A stretch of 64,000 nucleotides of DNA from Thainema sp. GTDB lineage: Bacteria; Cyanobacteriota; Cyanobacteriia; Phormidesmidales; Phormidesmidaceae. The stretch covers positions 1 through 64,000 of the forward strand of contig JBQLZK010000031.1 of NCBI GenBank assembly GCA_052168235.1, read 5' to 3'. Shown here in pieces: positions 1 through 7,481 of this stretch (position 1 is the first letter of the stretch; the number at the start of each line of letters is the position of its first letter). Below the pieces are notes generated by a model, which made no database searches, was not told the origin of the DNA, and saw nothing but the letters and a program-made list of their open reading frames with translations. The position numbers were made by a program, and so were the translations under genes.

Positions 1-84
1 ACGGTCTCAAATGAGACACCCTTGTCCCAAAACCTCAATTAATCGAGGTTCCCAGGTTTTAATCTGCTTCTCAGACCCTAAAGG

Positions 85-119
85 GGATGATTGCCGACGT
101 AGTACGTCGGCAATCATCC
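85..119. repeat. Perfect 17-bp inverted repeat (hairpin or mini-element core)
   Basis: ggatgattgccgacgta-g-tacgtcggcaatcatcc. Confidence 0.8.
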
Positions 120-408
120 TCTTATTTCTAATCGTTAGCTGTAATGACACATGTAATATTTCCATCACTCTTGATACGTGTCGATCAGCGATCGCAGATA
201 CGGCACTCAATGGCTGGATCTGCAATGCAAAGTTGGGGGAGTCCCGATGGTAGAAATGGCTCTGTCCACTGTTATAGCCCAAGAGATTTTTAAGGGCAGA
301 TTCGATTACCACCAACGCAACAGAAATTCTTAACGCCGCGTCATCGCAATTATTCCATTTGGCAGTATCATAAACGCGAATTATGACGAGTTGAAGGGTG
401 CAAAGGCG

Positions 409-1929
409 ATGAAACAACTGGGCTGGCAAGATAGGCAACGTTCAACTGCGACTGCAACTGCGACTACAACTGCAACCGCGACTGCGATCGCACTTTTCGC
501 CAGTACCCTCAGCATCACCCCACCAAGCTGGGGACAAACAGCTCCAGACGCAACCATCGAGCTTCCCCCACCTCCCACCGTTACCGATAGCCCATCGCCT
601 CCAACCAACACTGTCCCCTGGGATACCAACTGGGGCGCACCTTCTCCTGTACCTTTACCTAGCACTGCCGCACCAACCGCACCATCGACTTCTTCACCAT
701 CAACTTCTCCCCAAACCATCCGCGCCATCGACTTTCTTCCCCCCGAACGAACTGAAGCCGCGCCCGCACCCATTACGCAGCAGCCTGCTAGCGCTCAGCC
801 CAGTCCTCGCTACAAGCCCAAAGGTTTATCGTTTTATATCGGCACGCGCGTGCCCAACCCCACGGCAGCCCAGGGGCCAACGCGCATTCCTGTCACCCGT
901 TCCAGTTCCGATATGCGAGCCGAAACGAATGTTACCGTAGGCGCTCAGTATGTGTTTAACGATCGGGAACGGATCGCAACCGAAATCCGGGGTGGCCCTA
1001 CGGTGCTAGGGCTGTACTTTGGTTATTTGCAACTGGATGAAACGTCTCGTACGGGCTGGGGCTTCAATGGATTTAATCAGCGATCGCAGTCGATCGCATT
1101 AGAAGGCGGCGATCCGGAGGTTGATTTGCCGGGTGACAATGAGCCGTGGGTGCATCGCATGGGTGGTGGCATCCAGGGCTATTTCCCCGTGGATCAGGTC
1201 GATGCGTCGATTGGGGTGAACTATCAAAATGTTTCGGTGCAGGACGATATTTTTGCGTCGGGACTGGAACCTGTGGACGAACGGGGTAATCCGCTCACCC
1301 TCAGCGACAGCGGCGAAGACGATTTGCTGACGGTCAACTTTGCCAGCCAGTACGACACCCGCAACGATATCAATCAGCCAACCACGGGCAGTCGCCTCCG
1401 CTTCGGGGTGGATCAGTCGATTCCAATTGGCGATGCCGCGATCGCCATGACTCGTTTAAGCGGCAGCGCCACCCAGTTTCTGCCGCTGAACGGGCTGAGC
1501 TTCACAGATGATCCGGATGTGCTGGTGCTGAATGTGCAGGGTGGTCATATCTTTGGCGATGCGCCGTTTTACGAATCCTTCAGCCTGGGTGGAGCGAACT
1601 CAGTCCGAGGCTACAGTCGCGGCGAAGTTGGCACGGGACGCAGCTATCTCCAGGCAACGGCAGAGTATCGTTTTCCGATTTCGGAAGTGCTGATCTTTGA
1701 CAAAGGTATTGACCTAGGCGGCTTGCTGTTTGTGGACTACGGCACGACGCTGGATTCGCAGGATAATGTGTTTGGACAACCCGGAATTGTGCGCGGCAAA
1801 CCCGGTGATGGTTTCGGTTTTGGCGGCGGCCTGCGCGCGCGTTTCGCTGAGATTGTGGGCAGGCTAGAGTTTGGGATCAGCGATGATGGGGATGCCAATG
1901 TGTACTTTGTGCTGGGGGAGAGGTTTTAG
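409..1929 (+). CDS. Omp85/BamA-TamA family outer-membrane beta-barrel protein, apparently without POTRA domains
   Basis: SLGGANSVRGY loop-6 motif; C-terminal beta-signal VYFVLGERF; N-terminal signal-like segment followed by a Pro/Thr-rich linker. Start uncertain (391 or 409). Confidence 0.85.
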   Translation: MKQLGWQDRQRSTATATATTTATATAIALFASTLSITPPSWGQTAPDATIELPPPPTVTDSPSPPTNTVPWDTNWGAPSPVPLPSTAAPTAPSTSSPSTSPQTIRAIDFLPPERTEAAPAPITQQPASAQPSPRYKPKGLSFYIGTRVPNPTAAQGPTRIPVTRSSSDMRAETNVTVGAQYVFNDRERIATEIRGGPTVLGLYFGYLQLDETSRTGWGFNGFNQRSQSIALEGGDPEVDLPGDNEPWVHRMGGGIQGYFPVDQVDASIGVNYQNVSVQDDIFASGLEPVDERGNPLTLSDSGEDDLLTVNFASQYDTRNDINQPTTGSRLRFGVDQSIPIGDAAIAMTRLSGSATQFLPLNGLSFTDDPDVLVLNVQGGHIFGDAPFYESFSLGGANSVRGYSRGEVGTGRSYLQATAEYRFPISEVLIFDKGIDLGGLLFVDYGTTLDSQDNVFGQPGIVRGKPGDGFGFGGGLRARFAEIVGRLEFGISDDGDANVYFVLGERF

Positions 1930-1954
1930 AGGCAAGTGGGGCGAGAGGAGTGAC

Positions 1955-2052
1955 ATCAAATCTGTGTATAAGAACCCAATTTAGTTGTTGTGAAAGCTTG
2001 GCCTAGCCAAGCTTTCACAACAACTAAATTGGGTTTTAACCAGACTTCGTAT
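1955..2052. mobile_element. Hairpin mini-element, family B (MITE/REP-like)
   Basis: Perfect 30-bp stem 1973-2002/2006-2035; ends ATCAAATCTG..AACCCA / TGGGTTTTAACCAGACTTCGTAT resemble the copies at 19232-19335 and 4666. Confidence 0.65.
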
Positions 2053-2106
2053 GAGTAAGGGGTAAATAGATAAGGTAGTCGATGGGTAGATAGGGTAGGA
2101 GGATCG

Positions 2107-4602
2107 ATGGGTAGGAGGGTTGATGGGGCGGGGCGTAGGTGGCGGCGCAAATGGGTGTTGGCGCTGGTTGCGATCGCATCTCTAATCCTCATTCTGAGCT
2201 TTTGGCCGCGTCCGTCTGATCCACCGACTGCACAGGTGTCAAAATATGCGATCGCGCTGGAGTCGCCGTTTAATCAGCCAGAGCATTATCCTACTCAGCA
2301 AGCGGTGGATCGGTCGCTCTATCGGCCAGTGGGGGACTGGGTAGGACGGCTGATCTTGCCCAGTGAGGCTGAGGTGCAGCAGGAAACGCCGAGGGACTGG
2401 GTGTGGCTGGAGGTTTATCAGGCTCCGGATGCGGATTGGATTGGGCAGCGGGTACGACTGGAATGGAGTTCCGACCCAGCAATTCAGGATTATGTCAGCA
2501 CCGTCACGCGCGGCATTCAGTTCACTGAAGATACCATTGAAAATCAGCTCAAGGGTAGCGTTCATCCCACACGGCTCAACGGCTGGGCACAGGTCGGGCC
2601 ACTGCAATCGCTAGCGGGTGCCCGCTCGATTGACGATGTGATTGTGTCGCTGGCCGCAGTCACGGTTGGGCCTGCTGAGAACGCGCCTGTCACGCTTCAA
2701 ATTGGCGCAATGCCTACGCAGGTGCCGGAACGGTTCTATGGTCTAGTGCAGGTCATTGGCTCAGCGAACAATTATCCTCGGCCTGAACGCTGCCCCGGTC
2801 GTCAGCCCTGCCCCAGCGACTACATGCGGGTACGCCACTATAATCCCGCTTCTAGCGCGTTCGATGGCCGAGAAGAAATCGTTCGGATTCCCCAAGTTTT
2901 ACCGACTCCAGACGGCATCTTTCAATCCACGCCGCGCCAGCTAGCCGAATCTCCGGCAGGTGAAGCAGGCTGGTACATCTACGGTGCAGCGGATCAGCAG
3001 GGTGTATTTACGGTACGTGCGATCGCACCGCGTCGTCTGTTCCAGCTCCAGCCGCAGAACGTCATCACAGAGCCGGAAGCGGCGCTCAATTACATCAATT
3101 TTGGTAACTGGCGCGACACGCCGGAGCGCAAAGGCACGATTCAGTCGGTCTTGCTCGATGTTGATGCGAGTACCGAGCAGAGTATAGACTGGCAAATCGG
3201 CGATCGCGCATTGGTCATGCACCTGTTTGGCGGCATCGGTGGGCAAAACGCGGAAACGCCGCCGGTGTTTGGCACGGTGTCCGGCCATTTTGCCTATGGC
3301 GTAGCCGAGATGCGTCGCGATCCGTTTACCCAGGAGCCACGGCTAGAGGTGGTCTATGACCAGGTGTATTCCCACAATCCCAATGGGATTATTGCAGGTC
3401 GGCTGAGCTGGGCGGAATACACGGGAAGCCTACAGCGCGGTTGGCTGGGGACGCGTCCCATTTCCGATGTGCTGATTAAGCTACCTGCCTTGACCAAAGA
3501 CTATCAGTTTGGCGAGATTACCCTGTCACCCTTTGCTGAACTTCAGCGGCAGTTGGCAATTATGATGGCTCGCTATCGCACGGGCGACGGCACGGGAGCA
3601 GCCATTGTTACCCCGGCTCAGTCCTGCATCCAGGATTCCAGTCAGGCAGTTTACAAAACAATTAAGCAAATTGAGCAGCGGCTGCAGAATACGCTAGAAA
3701 TTCAGCAGTGGTTAGCAGAGCATCCCGACGATCCGCAAACCCAGCGATTTCAGAAGCTTTTGGCCCTGGGGCAAACCCTAGCGCGAGAGCTAGTGCCGCT
3801 GGCGATTGTCCGGCCCGACTGGCAGCAAAACGCCGAAATCCTAGCCGGAATCGATACCAATGCTCAGTTTGAAACCGATACCAATCTAATCACGGAACTT
3901 CTGAGCTGGCGCACGGTGATTCCGCGCGTGGCTCATGACCAAGTTGCCATGATTATGCTGAACTATCAGGCCGAACTCTGGTTCCTCCGCACCAACCAGG
4001 TTGGCGGCTGGGATGGCAGCATCATACCGCTTGCACCCACAGAGCTATTCGGTCAGTTCTTCATCATTCCCACCGCGTTCTCCCGCATCATCGAAAGCCT
4101 CAAGTGGCCGACCCTAACAGACTGGGGATTTGCGATCGCAGTTCTCCTCCTCTATGCCTGTATTGCCCTCCCGCAGGGACTTAGGCAGGGATTTCTACGC
4201 TACTGTCCACCCGCCGAACTGGGACTTTCGATTCCCCAGCAGGTTAAACTCATGCTGCTGCTGTTCCTGATGCCTGCGCTCCTGGAAGAGTTGGTCATGC
4301 GGGTACTACTGCTGCCCCATCCCACGGAAGGCGTTTTGCCACAAACCTGGTTAATCTGGTCAGTGATTAGTCTGGTGATTTTTGTGGTGTATCATCCGCT
4401 AAACGCACTGACGTTCTATCCAGCGGGTAACCCTACATTCTTTCAACCCATCTTCTTGGTGCTGAGCGGTTTACTCGGCCTGGTCTGTACTGTTATTTAC
4501 CTGCAAACCGGATCGCTATGGCTAATTGCGATCGCACATTGGCTCGTCGTGGTCATTTGGATCCTCTGGCTAGGAGGCTATCAGAAGATGCGTAAAGAAT
4601 AA
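2107..4602 (+). CDS. Large extracytoplasmic domain fused to a C-terminal CPBP (CAAX protease/Abi) intramembrane domain
   Basis: N-terminal TM anchor; C-terminal multi-TM region with EELVMR (EExxxR), FVVYH (FxxxH) and HWLVV motifs. Confidence 0.85.
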   Translation: MGRRVDGAGRRWRRKWVLALVAIASLILILSFWPRPSDPPTAQVSKYAIALESPFNQPEHYPTQQAVDRSLYRPVGDWVGRLILPSEAEVQQETPRDWVWLEVYQAPDADWIGQRVRLEWSSDPAIQDYVSTVTRGIQFTEDTIENQLKGSVHPTRLNGWAQVGPLQSLAGARSIDDVIVSLAAVTVGPAENAPVTLQIGAMPTQVPERFYGLVQVIGSANNYPRPERCPGRQPCPSDYMRVRHYNPASSAFDGREEIVRIPQVLPTPDGIFQSTPRQLAESPAGEAGWYIYGAADQQGVFTVRAIAPRRLFQLQPQNVITEPEAALNYINFGNWRDTPERKGTIQSVLLDVDASTEQSIDWQIGDRALVMHLFGGIGGQNAETPPVFGTVSGHFAYGVAEMRRDPFTQEPRLEVVYDQVYSHNPNGIIAGRLSWAEYTGSLQRGWLGTRPISDVLIKLPALTKDYQFGEITLSPFAELQRQLAIMMARYRTGDGTGAAIVTPAQSCIQDSSQAVYKTIKQIEQRLQNTLEIQQWLAEHPDDPQTQRFQKLLALGQTLARELVPLAIVRPDWQQNAEILAGIDTNAQFETDTNLITELLSWRTVIPRVAHDQVAMIMLNYQAELWFLRTNQVGGWDGSIIPLAPTELFGQFFIIPTAFSRIIESLKWPTLTDWGFAIAVLLLYACIALPQGLRQGFLRYCPPAELGLSIPQQVKLMLLLFLMPALLEELVMRVLLLPHPTEGVLPQTWLIWSVISLVIFVVYHPLNALTFYPAGNPTFFQPIFLVLSGLLGLVCTVIYLQTGSLWLIAIAHWLVVVIWILWLGGYQKMRKE

Positions 4603-4617
4603 AAAAATCCGGGTTCT

Positions 4618-4649
4618 TGTAGAGGGCGAATGGCCATTCGCCCTCTACA
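4618..4649. repeat. GTAG-type REP-like palindrome
   Basis: tgtagagggcgaatggccattcgccctctaca is a perfect palindrome; a degenerate relative lies at 19358-19411. Confidence 0.7.
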
Positions 4650-4694
4650 TAACCGTTGCCGCCTTATATCAAGTCTGGTTGAAAACCCATGATT

Positions 4695-4787
4695 TATAGC
4701 GGTTCTAGATAAGAAAGAGAGAGGAGAGTGCCTCATACTGAGGCACTCTCCTCTCTCTTTTTCTCACTTTTAACTGGAATCACTGTG
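4695..4787. mobile_element. 93-bp hairpin mini-element, family A copy 1 (nested in a family-B copy spanning ~4666-4828)
   Basis: TATAGCGGTTCTAG...CTGGAATCACTGTG ends and a 22-bp perfect stem; same length as the copy at 11674-11766. Confidence 0.75.
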
Positions 4788-4829
4788 TTTTTGTGAAACG
4801 CTTGCTCCGCAAACGTTTCACAAAAAATA

Positions 4830-7076
4830 TTAACCCTGCACGTACAGCGGCCCGGATGCCACAACGGGGAAACTTTCTGGGGGCTGCACAATACGCCGCG
4901 AGAGGCGCTGTAGTTCCTCAGTAGGCTGCGCAGGGGGTGCAGGTTCCGGCTGAGCTGATGACTCCGTGCTAACAGGCGGAGCATATACAGGCGCAGGCTG
5001 TGACTCGCTTGGCTGTCCCTGAATTACAGGCGGCGGTGGCTGCTTCGGGGGGGCAGGTTCCGTTGGCACAGCCACGGAAGGGGCTGCAGGTGACGGTGCC
5101 ATTGTCGGACGTACTTCTGGTACAGGATTGGAACGCGGCTGTTCAATCTGCACCTGGTCGCCTGGCTTCAGCGGTATGTTTTCCGCTCCGTTCTCGTCGG
5201 TAAAGGAGTCAGACCAAGCCGGTTCAGATGTGGTGCCAATTGAGTTCGAGTTACGTGAGTTCGAGTTGCGTGATGATCGCGATTCTCGATTGCGATTCGA
5301 AGCTGGCGCAGACTCGGCGGATTCAGGACTGGCCACCTCTGGCTCAGCTACTGAGAAATTATCTGCTTCATTAACTCTTGCGGCTTCTGCGGCGGCCTCG
5401 GCAGCTCGCTGCCGTTCTCGCTCCTCGGTCAGATAAATTTGATATTCCCAATCTTCAATGGCTGACTGAGCTTTTTCATAAAGCGCCCGATCCGGTTGAA
5501 TCTGGCTAGCAACGGTAATTGCCTGTGACCACTGATTCTTCCGCGCTAGCGCTGTAGCCTTGGTCAGAATTGGCTGATCTTCGATCGTCTGAATCTGCAC
5601 CCGCCATTCGGCGATCAGCGTTTGAGCTTCAATCCGTAACGCCCGACCCAGATCAATCTGACTTGCTTCTGCGATCGCAGATTGCAGGGCTTTGGGCGTG
5701 TAGGCTTTCGCCAGTCGCCGAGCTGTCACTAAGTGATGCCGATCTTCCTGGCGCTCAATTTCGTCACTCCAGTAAGCCGCTAAGGTTTGCGCCTGCTGCC
5801 GTCGCTGATGTTCGGGCGGAATCAGCTGAGCATGAGCCATTGCAGTTTCATAGGCTGCTGGAGTGCCAACCGTGGCGACCGCTTGGGCAATCTGGAGCTG
5901 GGAGAGATCCTGAAGCTGCACAATCCAGCTCTGCAAACTGCTCTGGGCCTGCGGGAAAAACTGGCTGTCGGATTTAATTTGGCTGGCAATGGCGATCGCT
6001 TTAATTAACTGCCAGCTATCATCGGGCTTGGCGGCCCAAGTTGAGAGACTGCGGCCTGCTTCTCGACGCGATTCACTCAGCCACTGAAGATTTTGCGCTT
6101 CCTTCGCAAACTTTTGATTCAGCGCGACCCGCTTACTGAGTGCGATCGCACTGTCAAACTTTTCGTCATACCAGCGCTGCAAACCCACTTTCAACAGCGT
6201 TTCGCTCCACTGGTCAAACGTGGACTGGCCTTCCTGCCAAGTATAGGTGCTGGGATCAATGCTGCTGAAGATCGTCATTGCCTGGCTCATGCCTTGAGGG
6301 CTGTAGTCTTCTGCGGCCTTTAATGCCTGCATAAACTGCCGATGGGCTTGCTGCTCCACCAGTACCTGGCTCGATAGCGCCGTCGTTTGCTGACTGTTCC
6401 AGAAGCGGTGATCCAGTTCAGATAGTTGAGCGATGAAGGTATTGGCAGCTTCCCAATTTTTTTGCTTAATGGCTGCTTGAGCCTGGTCATAAATAGCCTG
6501 TCCCTGATTCTTAATGCCTTGCCACTCAGCGATTGTAGCCTCGGCATCACCATAGGCCGGACTGGAATCAGGAATGCGCTCCGCTAGTGCGATCGCACCT
6601 TCAAAATCGCCCTGATTCATCCGATCCTGCGCCACATCCAGAATTGATTCCGACCAGTCCCCTAGCCAGGTGCGCGATTCTTGATAAAGGGGATGCTCAG
6701 TTGTCCAGTTTTCAACCAGTTCCAGACCCGCAATCAGCTCATTCAAGTCACCGGACTGCGCCGCCATCTGGGCACACTGCAAGCGTTCGCGATCTGAGGA
6801 TAAAGAGGTAATCTTCTGACAGTCAGCGGCAGGTGGCAGCGAAACGAGCCATACGACTGCGCCAATCGTGACCGCACCCGCTGCGCCACAAATCATCGCG
6901 GCTGACAAAAACCAGCCCAGCGTTTTGCGGGGTGGCAGTGCCGATTGAGTCAAGTCCAGCACGCTTTCTACTGCCGACTTCAAGGCCGAGGGCTGCTCCA
7001 TCTGCATTTCTCCAGATGAATGAGATGGTTGAGAAAGCTCTGGATTATTCGGTTGATCAGATCGGGCTTCTGTCAT
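4830..7076 (-). CDS. Membrane-anchored alpha-helical repeat protein (cyanobacterial family commonly labelled 'chromosome segregation ATPase')
   Basis: Long ORF with a single TM, repeated 'AI..AS.I.....Y..AQ..I..W' helical motifs and a Pro-rich tail; GGAGTAG RBS before ATG 7076. Confidence 0.7.
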   Translation of the reverse strand: MTEARSDQPNNPELSQPSHSSGEMQMEQPSALKSAVESVLDLTQSALPPRKTLGWFLSAAMICGAAGAVTIGAVVWLVSLPPAADCQKITSLSSDRERLQCAQMAAQSGDLNELIAGLELVENWTTEHPLYQESRTWLGDWSESILDVAQDRMNQGDFEGAIALAERIPDSSPAYGDAEATIAEWQGIKNQGQAIYDQAQAAIKQKNWEAANTFIAQLSELDHRFWNSQQTTALSSQVLVEQQAHRQFMQALKAAEDYSPQGMSQAMTIFSSIDPSTYTWQEGQSTFDQWSETLLKVGLQRWYDEKFDSAIALSKRVALNQKFAKEAQNLQWLSESRREAGRSLSTWAAKPDDSWQLIKAIAIASQIKSDSQFFPQAQSSLQSWIVQLQDLSQLQIAQAVATVGTPAAYETAMAHAQLIPPEHQRRQQAQTLAAYWSDEIERQEDRHHLVTARRLAKAYTPKALQSAIAEASQIDLGRALRIEAQTLIAEWRVQIQTIEDQPILTKATALARKNQWSQAITVASQIQPDRALYEKAQSAIEDWEYQIYLTEERERQRAAEAAAEAARVNEADNFSVAEPEVASPESAESAPASNRNRESRSSRNSNSRNSNSIGTTSEPAWSDSFTDENGAENIPLKPGDQVQIEQPRSNPVPEVRPTMAPSPAAPSVAVPTEPAPPKQPPPPVIQGQPSESQPAPVYAPPVSTESSAQPEPAPPAQPTEELQRLSRRIVQPPESFPVVASGPLYVQG

Positions 7077-7481
7077 CGCTCTACTCCTCTTCCACCGTCT
7101 TAATTTGCGGTAATACAACACGCTTGCACGTCTCGCGAATCACCGATCCCGTGAACGTTCCGCCGCCTTAATGGTATACGCGAATCTGAGATTGCGATCA
7201 TTGAGAGACTTTACATTTTTCGATTTGTTGACATCTTCATCTCAATCAACGCGAGATCAGCAAAAACGGGCTGATTTAAGCAAATTAATTTAGGAAAATC
7301 TAAATCAACGTTAGGCATCAACGCCTCTAAAATGTGGTTAACACTGCGGTTACTGTGCGATTCAATATGCAATTCGATATGTGATTCGATATGCGATCGC
7401 ACCTTTTACGCCCCTCATCTCAGATTTCCTGAATGACTAGAGACTTGCCTCACCTCACCTTTCGCCAATCCAATTACTGCC

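Noticed and set aside
7..438. 143-aa minus-strand ORF (and similar ORFs at 13650-14067, 50242-50475, 61336-61617)
   Set aside because: They run through hairpin elements or low-complexity repeat tracts and show no protein motifs
4830..7076. ATPase function implied by the usual family label
   Set aside because: No Walker A/B motif is visible
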